This document shows, piece after piece, positions 21,901 to 30,983 of a DNA stretch of 64,000 nucleotides; positions within the stretch are counted from its first letter, which is position 1, and every line of letters starts with the position of its first letter. The notes beneath the pieces were generated by a model. That model searched no databases and had not been told where the DNA came from. It worked only from the letters and a program-made list of their open reading frames with translations. This stretch comes from a virus. A program made the position numbers and the translations under genes. The stretch spans positions 7,497 through 71,496 of the IMG/VR virus record IMGVR_UViG_3300031703_000003; one strand, written 5' to 3'.

Positions 21901-24900
21901 GTAATAAAAATCAGAGAACGCTCTTGGTGGATTTAGCTTAACTACTACATTTATTAATGCAGCTTGTCCTGCTGCAGATGTTCTCCAGCTATACTCTAAT
22001 CCTGCCCAGTCACCAAACACAAACGGCTTTGATTTGTCTAGTTCTGATATACTGTCAGCACTTAGTACAGTTGCTACGTTTTCTAATTGACCATCTGTTT
22101 TAACTGGACATTTGCTGACCCAATCCCAATGGTAGTTCGCATGTTTAATATTTTGCTGAGTAGTAGATGATTGACCTGTTTGCAATGCGTTAATAAGTGC
22201 AATGCGCTTAGTTGCATCTGTCCAGCTATACGTTGCATCCCACCATGTTGGCTTAAATCCAAACCCTAGCATGTGCCAAGGTGTTAAATGCGGTGTAGAT
22301 GTTCCAAATAATATGTTATAAGCACCTATCCAATGACCTGGTAGTTGTTGTCCACTTAGGTGCCCTTTTAATATTGTACTGCTAAAATTTATTGTGTCTA
22401 TGTTACTTGCATCATATGCAACAGTTGTTTCTGTTAAGTTGCTAATTGACTTCCATGATGTGTACGACTTATATAGCATGTCGTTTACTGTTGCTAACGT
22501 GTACCACGTAGCATACGTCTGACTAGGCATATAAGATATAGCAGATGCATATTGCACAGTTTGATTGTTTTCACGTTCTGTATTAATGCTATCAGTTACA
22601 ACTAAGCCGGCATATATTCTCAACTCAAGTTCAAGTTGCGCTGCGTTAATTGGATCAAATTGTGCAGAGTTCATGTTAGTTAAATCGCTGCCTGGGTTAA
22701 TATCCCATTGGTACCCGTCGTGTCCTATTAAAACATTAGTAGGAGCTGCATGCGGAACCCAACCTGGTGCCATTTTCAGTTTAGTAATACTTGGTGGAAT
22801 ATAAGATGCATCGTCCATTGCGTAATGATATACCGCTATTACTGGAAGCGGTCCTGCTGGCATTGCAACTGGTATATAATCAAATTTTAATGTACTACCT
22901 GCCTGTGTGTAATCAACATCTTTTTGTAACATATGCGTTAACAGAACACCACCTACGTTATCTGTTACGTATACATAAACGTGATCTTGTATGTTATCAT
23001 CACTGTGTATGTTATCATCTAGTGTAAGTGTGGGAGCTACTCCTGCTGCAATTTCAAACTCTTGTACAACTGCTTTTGTGTAGTATGCCATGTTTGATGT
23101 TGAGAATAACTTTCCGCCCTTGCGATTGATAGTTATTGATTTTAGTACATCGTCAACTAAACTTTTCACGGATGCATAGTTCTTCTTTCCATACATTCTA
23201 ACAACTTGGTTTCTAAATCTATTTCTAAAGTTATCCCATTCTACACCTGCAGAGTTTAATGCATCTGTTACACTCACAACACTGCTTGCATACAATGCAT
23301 CACTTATGATACTAATATCTTTGTGGACAAAAATCTCGCCGCCTAAGTAATTGCCTTTAAACAACTGCGAATAATTGTTAGTGCCGTATACATTTCCAGT
23401 AAATCCTGGTGTGTTTTCTAGCATATTCTTCCAATGAGAAAATGTCTCGCTCATTGTGAATGTGGTTAGTAATTTATTTGTTGGGTTACTTTTAATCGTA
23501 TCAGGTGATGTAATGTTCAATGTATTGTTGCTAACATTATTATCATAATATCTCACATCAACTACATCGCCTAGTGCAATGTGTTCTTTAGCGACTACAA
23601 TATTAGCTGCGTTAATTGTATATTTGTCTGTTCCTAGAAACACTCCATTTACGTTAACAGTGTGATATAGGCTATCTTGTTTGTTAGTTGGTATAAGTGT
23701 GTAGGTACCATTGATTGTTGCATCAACTGGTGCGATAACAATCTTTTCATTGTAAGAAGATAAATCTATCACAATAGTATTGTCTGCTTGGTCAGCAGTT
23801 GGTGTAGTACGTGGAACGTCTACTCCGCTTACAGTTTTAATTGTAACTGCTGAATTGAGTAAATTATTATGTATTGTAGTTGATCCTTTATTCACATAAA
23901 CAAAGTTATGGTCAACATTAGTTTTATCAAGATATGTTCCATTTTTTAGTTCTGTTATTACACAAGTCTGATTTTCATTTTTTAATGCTTGGTGTAATAT
24001 AAGTTCGTGATCAGTTGGTAACCATGTGCTAGACCCAACATTTATTGTTAGATCAGTTGTTAGATCAGTTACATCAACTGTTATAAGTGTTTCTGCAGCA
24101 TTGGCTTTTTCGCTTTGCTTGTACACACTACTTAATAAATTATTGTTCTTAAACAAGTATGTGCCATCGATTTTGCGGTACTGATTTACTTTTTTGCTAA
24201 ACTGAGAAGTAACACTTTGGTATTGAGTTTCTGTTAGAATATAATTTTCAAATTGATATTCTGCAATGCCGTTGACGTCTTTGTATGCAAGAGCAAATCC
24301 TAATTCCTTGTCAGTTAGTCCACTGCCAACTTTGTAATTAAATACGCGACTGCCTGCAAATGCAGACCCAGGCAGGTCCTCAAGTGGTGTGCCACTTGTA
24401 TCGTACAACCTAAATAATGGCATTTGATTAATGTTAATGCGTTGCTGACCAGTACTCCACTTCGCGCCTGTCCACCATGCATCTGAATTTGACCAAGCTT
24501 TATCCATTGTGTCTGGTAGTGCTGATCTAATATATGCTGTGTGGTTTGTTTCTAGCACGGCTGTAACTGATTTAGTTATAGTCCAAGTACTAGTAGAGGC
24601 ATCAAATGATTTGCTTGCTATTGTGTAAACGTTTGTATCAGTTGATGTGCCGTCTTCGTTTATGAATATAACAGTTTGACCAACTTGTACTTCTGATAGT
24701 ACAGCAAGACTTGATCCAACTTCAACTGCAAAGTCAACTATGCCCAGCCATTGTTTAGCAAGAGTAGGACTATAAGAAGCCCAATCCCATAAGTTCATGT
24801 TGCCTTCGAACTCGACAATTGGACGTGATGCAATATTCTTCTGTGCTGTTAACTCTTCTATATTAATGCCGCCATACACTAAATCGTTTATTAATTTAAG

Positions 24901-26166
24901 TGTGTCTACGTTTGTCCATTTATTATTTCTGCTCCAGGCAGTATTGAACACACTGCTAGTAGAAGATACAACGTAATCCTTTTCTGTAAATATCACAACT
25001 GACTTATCATAGTGTGAAGTATCCCAGCCTTTTAGTTTATCTTTGTATGTTGCTATTGCAGCCTCTGTTGTGCCTGCTGCCATTGATTGTGTAAATCCGG
25101 TAGCTGTTTCTGTTGCATCAATTAATAATACAAATGCAATATCGCCTGCTTCTGTGCGTGTAGTGTAATATAGCTTATGGTGTTCTACTTCGTTAAGATT
25201 CCATTCTTGACTAAATGCAATAAGGTCGCCAACTACAAACTGTGTTTTGTTTGATTCTGCAGACGTAAATGTAAACCCATCAAACAATGGCAATCTTGTT
25301 GCGTCTGCATTGTAATGTGCAAGCATGTCTGTTGGTGTTGTTAGATTATGTGTTGTCCAAAATGAACTACTTACATTAGGATCAATTAATGTTGCGATTT
25401 TCTCATCCCATAAGCCGCCAACTGTTACTGTTGTTTTTGTTGTTCTTGGTAATATAGTTGTATGTGTTGTCCAATTATAAATTGGAGTAAGCTTAATGCT
25501 TGTCCCTGTCCCTGACACTGCGTATGTGTAGTTTTGTGCATCTGCATGCCAGCCACTGCCAGTAAACTTTATATGCATCTGGTCTCTAAGATTAAATGTA
25601 TTATTGTTATCAGTTAGTATATATGTTAATTGATCAGCTGAAAGGTCGATTGGGTTTATTACATCGCTGAATCCTGCATAGTTACCATTGCGTGAATGTA
25701 ATATGTTTGTTGGATCACTTAATGTTCGTATACTTTCATATGTTGGCATTTGATCAACCCATGCGTAACTTGCGTAGTTAATAAACTTATGAGTGTCAAT
25801 TGGAGGATAATAACCATATTGCTTTGTTGCGTATGCTGCGTTGTAATTATATGCGCTAACGTTTACATTAATAGCGTTTGCAATGTCGTCTACTGTAATT
25901 GCGTCTATTAAGTTTTTATTTTTATCTCTTACTGTAATCGTTGACAGCATGTCAGTGCTTGGCAAATACACATCATTCACTGATCGGTTCTTGCCTGACA
26001 CGTCTCCAATGAAGCCTTCCACATTTTTTAACGTACCTTTTGAAATCATTCTATCAAGTGTACTATCTAGCCAATTCTTGTTTACATCAGTATTGAAAAC
26101 CTGAGGTATTAGACTAGACGCTTTCATCTGTGGAGTATTATAACTTCCTGCTTTTTTCTTAGACAT
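15943..26166 (-). CDS. Very large baseplate wedge/structural protein (gp7-like position), 3407 aa
   Basis: Uninterrupted ORF directly after the gp6-like gene; C-terminal YVNEIKPFHVKI motif; W/D-rich segments. Confidence 0.65.
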   Translation of the reverse strand: MSKKKAGSYNTPQMKASSLIPQVFNTDVNKNWLDSTLDRMISKGTLKNVEGFIGDVSGKNRSVNDVYLPSTDMLSTITVRDKNKNLIDAITVDDIANAINVNVSAYNYNAAYATKQYGYYPPIDTHKFINYASYAWVDQMPTYESIRTLSDPTNILHSRNGNYAGFSDVINPIDLSADQLTYILTDNNNTFNLRDQMHIKFTGSGWHADAQNYTYAVSGTGTSIKLTPIYNWTTHTTILPRTTKTTVTVGGLWDEKIATLIDPNVSSSFWTTHNLTTPTDMLAHYNADATRLPLFDGFTFTSAESNKTQFVVGDLIAFSQEWNLNEVEHHKLYYTTRTEAGDIAFVLLIDATETATGFTQSMAAGTTEAAIATYKDKLKGWDTSHYDKSVVIFTEKDYVVSSTSSVFNTAWSRNNKWTNVDTLKLINDLVYGGINIEELTAQKNIASRPIVEFEGNMNLWDWASYSPTLAKQWLGIVDFAVEVGSSLAVLSEVQVGQTVIFINEDGTSTDTNVYTIASKSFDASTSTWTITKSVTAVLETNHTAYIRSALPDTMDKAWSNSDAWWTGAKWSTGQQRININQMPLFRLYDTSGTPLEDLPGSAFAGSRVFNYKVGSGLTDKELGFALAYKDVNGIAEYQFENYILTETQYQSVTSQFSKKVNQYRKIDGTYLFKNNNLLSSVYKQSEKANAAETLITVDVTDLTTDLTINVGSSTWLPTDHELILHQALKNENQTCVITELKNGTYLDKTNVDHNFVYVNKGSTTIHNNLLNSAVTIKTVSGVDVPRTTPTADQADNTIVIDLSSYNEKIVIAPVDATINGTYTLIPTNKQDSLYHTVNVNGVFLGTDKYTINAANIVVAKEHIALGDVVDVRYYDNNVSNNTLNITSPDTIKSNPTNKLLTTFTMSETFSHWKNMLENTPGFTGNVYGTNNYSQLFKGNYLGGEIFVHKDISIISDALYASSVVSVTDALNSAGVEWDNFRNRFRNQVVRMYGKKNYASVKSLVDDVLKSITINRKGGKLFSTSNMAYYTKAVVQEFEIAAGVAPTLTLDDNIHSDDNIQDHVYVYVTDNVGGVLLTHMLQKDVDYTQAGSTLKFDYIPVAMPAGPLPVIAVYHYAMDDASYIPPSITKLKMAPGWVPHAAPTNVLIGHDGYQWDINPGSDLTNMNSAQFDPINAAQLELELRIYAGLVVTDSINTERENNQTVQYASAISYMPSQTYATWYTLATVNDMLYKSYTSWKSISNLTETTVAYDASNIDTINFSSTILKGHLSGQQLPGHWIGAYNILFGTSTPHLTPWHMLGFGFKPTWWDATYSWTDATKRIALINALQTGQSSTTQQNIKHANYHWDWVSKCPVKTDGQLENVATVLSADSISELDKSKPFVFGDWAGLEYSWRTSAAGQAALINVVVKLNPPRAFSDFYYPGTTSQQTNIDYLDRDNKDFHTPASYAVPGTVYNEVVAGITITTSATDKFSKSTYIKLIGDDNAVEALATLSLDETIPTIGSDGVSRYFVTGASISRRGRSHTTEPAVYTNMTASQINNSTITITMKQVEHVACGITQALYNYTLRNNIDYSIDNLHNRIDTQLGTLLNGFSSKHLIDMKTDTYDNTAHTLGENDFDIEMYKSSPIAISIASSIVVTRVATGWEVSGQGYGKQEFLFLEPDNTNTTSYSNVTISGIDVKKYKKFAPVASIVEYNTVLGKIQDTYTFIRGYYAHLESIGFKFPYSGDSVAIAFVKWAITAPAYTSNPSKIFNIGKTLTFSPAHGVVEELNKGVFKENTVARLDGSIIDSESLNVSRLDNVLTLTTKENETIGSVGFVVVQYEHIALLNNKTKFGVVVKDSVSNTGQDKIKFRGLITDAWTGSKSAPGYLVFDNKIVENFDSSVQAIDDYYRADGIDFNPAITKLENITIGNSNNSLTIAGNEFDEITKRDFYQGLIKQRGSRNSIDKIERKFAEDKLDVNVHEQYMLSRSYFGNTDRLNSVEFTLQNNKLETSPQVIKFASFADAETVYDDVLVYNSGDKRFVNPGNTAFATSSITSGNVKNLTAGSVLEIEAKYKVNTTTEISNVFDTIADYSTISTWNKAVSYKLTNLTRYQGQLFECIVPNTTISTVSTDIKQTGNVRPEFSYGTIATIDGVDILFQSSVDVRSDIVATGTVVNPTIASGTTLGIDGATISFINMQEVAVVTGPAEIIGTIANPVISDVAGKAITINGISIDFSNAAPGDSTEEFNGINNAVTPANIVETMNSVAGQSVYTVAQTISAAGYTIATVEVDGANAYTKGGFYGAFISGQDLDFTELGWAAFSEPSVEIIITLSSVAAADDLEDTFTVVEDITSTARVIKHVKVDNVLNLVGTDYSIAGQDVVFTTAPLSGAEITITITNTPVAITSAEIATTINNTLTAASISITAGVDNAILADLDPVFNRLRIRYWAPDTTSLLIVTPSATNALIGLKATGYNVITPSTIVTQGIALSLAQIVNQINSASPSHIIAAAASSKLRITSTGRSLLELSGSLLTSFGLPTSKAAVTNPVQAPTLASDAIIAINAANIAGVTVALNSSNQIEITSVNDTLALTSTIFNQQAGFVTGTVSSLIDSTLDNTFVNSEWLNISHLDPALFNVWVANDSDYAGPAINALKTKFNGWNVFQVQNTELYTEDLANNPSGVNYATCGICAGTHSVDGNDAQVTTQLAHNLAVGDFVMMLNTTTVPNIDGIHKVTKLGSNKEFYIDQYIDTCGSCPSIMTLRTHRFETIANRDAAMLLVQWNTPPGAFIWTDKDTTDVDSVNVFNVAYATTGADAITGAGYTTNATSKILTPVLALVRQQYTRILNTDIDNITVYDYDTNTPVLDLELFDPMRGIIPGVADIEIDVKSVHDVAVYNTSTEEEYEVDVDSAWTDSEVGKRWWDTSKVRYYDYDQGDLKDKSSNWGRQFVDSEVVIWEWTKSSVAPDDYASAVKAQTAMFGVIASGTAYYEFDAIKNQNEYYFTLQSEWNPTVTKYENVYYFWVRNKSTIGSSSKSITTSEVENIITDPSANGIYWFSVVDNDSIIISDIWDFVKKPVVVQLNRAVENNHSQWVLLSKDVDVIPDYWVTGLSNNLAVIDENEDRIPDFNLHAYARYGGDRTKRQAWFDDIPSARLNALNIINRLLVSVNVYDDYNSRFEIALHNAATAPGFEDKLPRNSWSWTDYITADYNTADTYITEVSSIEELNSLDITEYETARIEILNSGKIDRTEFYIHTLDRGWVLAKKNNAAIKWNIERLGKSYTWDMEPWDSVTWDNQFIAAWWKSIVVILRTLLFADRHAIKFNEFFFGMIDYTLTRNKQVDWAMKTSYIRLEVQSSVTQQKKYKKDSVQQIENYVNEIKPFHVKISEVNRSVTAADTVTLGVTETLVINEIDIATLVSTDITPTTWN

Positions 26167-26189
26167 TAAATATTATCCTAGTTTTTATT

Positions 26190-29100
26190 TCAAATGACGT
26201 TACTAACGATATCAATATCGTCGACGCTAACATCAGGTATAAACATTTCATCAATGCTTGGAGTTATTTCAAATAGCTGACCAAACACGCTAGATGAACC
26301 TTGTGGTACAATAACAAAACTGCTTATTGACATTGCTAACTCTTTGTGTACAAATGCTGCAAGTTCAGTAAAGTAAAAAGTCTCACCAAAGTCCCAGTTT
26401 GTTACATCAAAGAATGTAGCTATTGCTGCTACAACTGCTGATCTTATTTCACTGTCAACTACATTACTGCCTTTGACTTTTACTACATTAAACGTAGCAC
26501 GTAGTGATGAAATTGCAGAAGGTCCAAACAATGTCTTGTATTTAACTGGTTTGTAAATCACTGTATCACTGATTGTTTTTTGTTGTTCAACTCCTACAAA
26601 GTTAGTTGTTAATGCATCACTTGTAGGTGGAGTTGGTTCGTATCCTAAATCTGTTAATAGCCAATTTCTATATTCAGTGTCGTACGTTTTATCAAGTACG
26701 TACACATCAATTATGTTTGTGTAACTTGGATCAACTATCTCCCTGTCTGCCGCATAATGGCGCCATTCAAATCTTAAATCAGTTTGTGATACTCTAGTTG
26801 GGTAAATGTTAGTTGGGTCAACTATCTCCCTGAACACTAGTGGGTTGTCAGGTCTACTATCAGCGTTGTCATCTACAATTGACAAGAATACATGAGATGG
26901 ATCAATTACACCATTTGCGTCTTGTTCTATTCCGCTTACATACATTTTGCCAAGTGAAGCAATTGCTCCATTTAATACGCCAGTAAAGCTAATAGTATCT
27001 TGTGCTTTTTTCTTTGTAAGCGAATCAAGTCCTGCTGTTAAACTAACATTTGTAAATGCAACACTTGCACTTTCTAAGACATATCTAAGTGTGCGTGTGT
27101 ATATATTATATTTCTGGTCAGCGAATTCAAAATACATTAACCAAGAATCATCTGTATTATTAAGTATAGCTGGATACGTTGATGTATATGCGGCAGGGTT
27201 GTTGTCTAGTTCCCAACTTTGATTTTTATAATCATATCTAATTGCAAATGTTTTCTTTGAATCAATGTATGCTTTAATAATATTTGCTTCTCTGGTCTTA
27301 AACAAGCGATTAAAGCTAGGTATAATTATATCAATGATACTACCAGTTGGTACATTCTTATCAAGTGTTATTGCGCCTAATCCGTTTGATCGTAATCCAC
27401 TTGGTTGTCCAAGTTGCGATCCATCAAGATCTACACCCAATCCATATGCAAATACGTTTAGTACTTTAGCCCATGTTACAGTGCCGTCTAGTGCAACAAA
27501 TTTAATTAGAGCGCCAACGTTAAACTGGCGTAAGTAATTAGTCTGTGACTTGCCTACACGTAGTTTTGCACCAGATGTGTTGTCTGACAAGTAACCTGTG
27601 TTTGCATTATAAGAGCTACTACCAGGGGCATTCCATTGGTATCCGCTAACTGTTTCATCATATGCGTATTCTGTTTTTAGATTATCAAATGCTGTTGAGA
27701 ATTTAGTATAATATAAGTTAATAAGATCAAAATCAGCTAACTGAGTTTTTACATATTTCTTATAGATGTAATCTTTGTTTTGTCCTGTGACTGTTGTTTG
27801 TGTTTTAACTACAGTTGACTGATACAACTTTCCATCTGTGCCGTTTAGCAATAAGTTACTATACTCGCCTGTTGGGTCTGTAAAGTCAACATATCTACTA
27901 TGTCCACTGAATGTTCTGTTAACACTTTTTACTTTAACTACATTTGATGATTGCTGAGTAAGCAATGTATTATAATCATTTGCCGTTACTAATCTATTTT
28001 GACTTGCGTATGCAAGCGGTGCATTTTGTTTAATGCTGTCTAATGTTTCTGATGAACTAGCGTTGGTAATACTTGTTTTCAATTGCAAAGTAAACAATGC
28101 TACATATGTATTGCCGTCTAGTCCAGTATAATTTACTGTAACTTTTTTGTTTGTTAAATCATCTGGGCGTACTGTATATGACTCGTTTTTACTTACACGG
28201 AACCATACACGGATAATGCCAATTGGTAAATTACCAAATGCACTGTCTGCAAAATTAATTGATACTTGATTATTCTTTCTAGTTTTTACACTAAAAATGT
28301 TTCTGTTAGTTGCAATAATTGGATTGTACGCTACACTTTTAACACCTGTCCATTCTTTTACAATGGCGCCTTGCGCGTTAATAGTCTGTACCCATACATC
28401 GCTATTATTAATATCGTTTACATTAATATCAATTGTTTGATTGTCAATTGGCTTATCAATCTTAATGTCTTTAAATTGTAATCCACCTTCTTTGACTCCA
28501 AAGAAGAAACCAGTGTCCTTGTCAGACAATCCGCGGCCACTATTTTTATAGTAGACACCAAAGCTTCCATTTGGATTAGGAGATTTTTCATAAACAATAT
28601 TGTCAGCATAATCAACACTTACAATATTGTATTGTGTACTATCGCCATTTGCAAGTCCTGTAATGTCAAACTTGATTTGTTTCGGCTTGTTGTTTAGTTC
28701 GTAAAATTGTTGTGTAATGTTACCAACTGTTGTTTGTTTCTTTGGGCTACCAAATTGATTGCCGTATTGTAGTACGCTGTTCATTACAGCAATAAAATCA
28801 TCTAAGTTGTTTACATTACTAGTTGATTCAAATCTTACTTCTTTGCCGCCTAAACTTGTTCCTGCACTACCAATTACAGGTTCATTTGTTTTTACGCTTA
28901 TAACTTTCATCTCGCCAAACGCTGACACGTTGCGTCGTGGAGTGTATCCAATAAATTCAGCTAACTTAAAAACACTCTCTTGTCGTTCTGCTGTGCTTAA
29001 AAAGTTGTTACGGGAGTTAAGATCAACTCTAAATGCTAAGTTGTGTCCCATTTGTGCAACTACGTCAAGTAGTGCTACAAATTCTGCTGATTCAATCCAG

Positions 29101-29261
29101 TCGTTGTAATTCTCTGGATAAGTGCTTTGCACATAGTCGACCATTGCAGTACGAATAGTGTCATAGTCAAATGCTTGTAAGTTTGCATTAATGTATGATT
29201 CGTAAACTGCTACGTAGTCCTCTGCTGCAAAAAGTTTTGATTGTCTAGTATTTTGTGCCAT
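26190..29261 (-). CDS. Baseplate wedge subunit, T4 gp6-like
   Basis: DYDTIR...YPENYND, FLSTAER.ESV..LA..IGY.P, ETLDSIKQNAP..YASQNRLVTANDY. Confidence 0.8.
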   Translation of the reverse strand: MAQNTRQSKLFAAEDYVAVYESYINANLQAFDYDTIRTAMVDYVQSTYPENYNDWIESAEFVALLDVVAQMGHNLAFRVDLNSRNNFLSTAERQESVFKLAEFIGYTPRRNVSAFGEMKVISVKTNEPVIGSAGTSLGGKEVRFESTSNVNNLDDFIAVMNSVLQYGNQFGSPKKQTTVGNITQQFYELNNKPKQIKFDITGLANGDSTQYNIVSVDYADNIVYEKSPNPNGSFGVYYKNSGRGLSDKDTGFFFGVKEGGLQFKDIKIDKPIDNQTIDINVNDINNSDVWVQTINAQGAIVKEWTGVKSVAYNPIIATNRNIFSVKTRKNNQVSINFADSAFGNLPIGIIRVWFRVSKNESYTVRPDDLTNKKVTVNYTGLDGNTYVALFTLQLKTSITNASSSETLDSIKQNAPLAYASQNRLVTANDYNTLLTQQSSNVVKVKSVNRTFSGHSRYVDFTDPTGEYSNLLLNGTDGKLYQSTVVKTQTTVTGQNKDYIYKKYVKTQLADFDLINLYYTKFSTAFDNLKTEYAYDETVSGYQWNAPGSSSYNANTGYLSDNTSGAKLRVGKSQTNYLRQFNVGALIKFVALDGTVTWAKVLNVFAYGLGVDLDGSQLGQPSGLRSNGLGAITLDKNVPTGSIIDIIIPSFNRLFKTREANIIKAYIDSKKTFAIRYDYKNQSWELDNNPAAYTSTYPAILNNTDDSWLMYFEFADQKYNIYTRTLRYVLESASVAFTNVSLTAGLDSLTKKKAQDTISFTGVLNGAIASLGKMYVSGIEQDANGVIDPSHVFLSIVDDNADSRPDNPLVFREIVDPTNIYPTRVSQTDLRFEWRHYAADREIVDPSYTNIIDVYVLDKTYDTEYRNWLLTDLGYEPTPPTSDALTTNFVGVEQQKTISDTVIYKPVKYKTLFGPSAISSLRATFNVVKVKGSNVVDSEIRSAVVAAIATFFDVTNWDFGETFYFTELAAFVHKELAMSISSFVIVPQGSSSVFGQLFEITPSIDEMFIPDVSVDDIDIVSNVI

Positions 29262-29262
29262 G

Positions 29263-29646
29263 TTAAAACTCTGCCTGTTCAGTAAAATCAGTATCAAATT
29301 TTATCTGCAAATCTGTTGCAGTGGTAGTTGGTAGATATATTAATTTGACTGATACTGTTATTGTATGTGAATCGTGGACCACTGTAACTTCAGTATCTGA
29401 TATTTCAAATCTAGGGTCGTACGAGATAACTTGATAAACATCATCATTGATAAGTTCAATTGTGTTTTCGTCAAGTGGTTGAAAGATATAGTATGGCAAG
29501 TTGCTGCCAAATGTAGGGTCAGTCCATTTTTCACCCTTGCGGATGTTGAAATGATTTATTAAATCTTGTTTAGCAAGCTCCATGTTTTTTAGTCTTAAAC
29601 TTGTGCTTGTCTGATTTATAGTTGTGTAGCCTATTATATTATCCAT
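29263..29646 (-). CDS. Baseplate wedge subunit, gp25-like
   Basis: KQDLINHFNIRKGEK..DP.FGS...IFQPL...YDPR. Confidence 0.85.
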   Translation of the reverse strand: MDNIIGYTTINQTSTSLRLKNMELAKQDLINHFNIRKGEKWTDPTFGSNLPYYIFQPLDENTIELINDDVYQVISYDPRFEISDTEVTVVHDSHTITVSVKLIYLPTTTATDLQIKFDTDFTEQAEF

Positions 29647-29686
29647 ACAAGTATTTATCAATAAAATTCTGTAGGTATTTAACGGG

Positions 29687-30244
29687 CTATCCTAGAGTGA
29701 CAATCTCTGCTAAGTGTAGTTTTTCTTCAGGCCAGTGGAGAAAATCCTGCCATGCCATGTCTGGGATGTACAAATCATAGTGTAATGCAGCGCCGTTAAT
29801 TTGATACCATGTTGGCTTAACTGGCTTAGTTATTGGCCTTACGGGTCTGTCACCTTTTTTAACATTACAAGGTCCGCATGCCGCGACAGTGTTTTCCCAT
29901 ATTAGCTTTCCGCCTTTGGATTTTGGTATTACATGGTCAATAGTTAAGTCAGCGGCTGCGAACATGTTGCTACAGTACTGACAACAGAATTTATCCCGTA
30001 TGTACAGGTTCCTGCGGCAGAACTTTGCTCTTGTTGGGTGCTTGTGAAATCTATTCATCATAACAACACTTGGTAGTGGTATAGTAAGACTACTGCTTCT
30101 TAAAAATCTATTTTCGTAATTTTTAATAACACGAACTTTGTCTCCAAACATTGCTTTTATTGCAGTCTGCCAACTTATAGTACTAAGTGGCAACATACTT
30201 AGTGGTTGTGCATCTGCATTTAAAAGTAGTACACTGGCATGCAT
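29687..30244 (-). CDS. HNH endonuclease
   Basis: RD...CQYC, TIDHVIPKSKGG...WEN.V.AC..CN..K. Confidence 0.9.
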   Translation of the reverse strand: MHASVLLLNADAQPLSMLPLSTISWQTAIKAMFGDKVRVIKNYENRFLRSSSLTIPLPSVVMMNRFHKHPTRAKFCRRNLYIRDKFCCQYCSNMFAAADLTIDHVIPKSKGGKLIWENTVAACGPCNVKKGDRPVRPITKPVKPTWYQINGAALHYDLYIPDMAWQDFLHWPEEKLHLAEIVTLG

Positions 30245-30257
30245 GTTTCTGTTCCTT

Positions 30258-30983
30258 TTACAGGTTTAGCATAGATGATAATATCCGTTTTCTAGATTCT
30301 GCTGTCTTTGGCAAGAACCGTTTTGTTTCTGCATAATAAACATATTCAGCTTGTGCTTTGCTATGGTCATCTAACAATCTATCTGGATATTTATTTGCTA
30401 TCTCTTGTATTCCTTGTTCTTTAATTAATGAACGGTCTTTGGCAATTCCATAATCAGCGAGCATAATAACTTTCGCTTCTAGTTGCCTAGCTACTCTGTT
30501 ATTGCCGCTGTTTGTCATTGCAGTAGCTACGTAATCCCATTGTCTGTTTTTTACGTAGTCATATAGTTCAAATGTTCGCTCTGGCGTGCCGACACGTGTC
30601 CAATCACCTGTGAGGTAATACATACTCAGCATGCCGTCATATTGGCTTTGACTTAGTGACTTTAACACAAACACTTCTTTGAATTTACGTTCTTTGTCTT
30701 TGAACACTTCAATCCATTTATTGTAAGATGCTGCTTCTGTCAGTCCTGCACTATCAATACCGTCTACTAAATTATACCCAATTTTTGTTATTTTGTCAAC
30801 ATCTTTATACGCAAATCCTTTCCATTTTATAGTACGCAACATGAGATTTATCATCTCATTGCTTGCTTCAAGTTTGTTTATTGCAATCAACGTAGTAGCC
30901 GTTATTTTGTTTGCTACTGGAAACAAATCAAACGGCAATAAATCCTTTGATTCAATTACATTTGGTAATACATAGTTTGCCAT
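30258..30983 (-). CDS. GH24 lysozyme-like baseplate protein, probably degenerate
   Basis: AYKD......IGY, LSQSQYDGMLS and R..EA motifs; adjacent to the gp5-like gene. Confidence 0.55.
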   Translation of the reverse strand: MANYVLPNVIESKDLLPFDLFPVANKITATTLIAINKLEASNEMINLMLRTIKWKGFAYKDVDKITKIGYNLVDGIDSAGLTEAASYNKWIEVFKDKERKFKEVFVLKSLSQSQYDGMLSMYYLTGDWTRVGTPERTFELYDYVKNRQWDYVATAMTNSGNNRVARQLEAKVIMLADYGIAKDRSLIKEQGIQEIANKYPDRLLDDHSKAQAEYVYYAETKRFLPKTAESRKRILSSMLNL

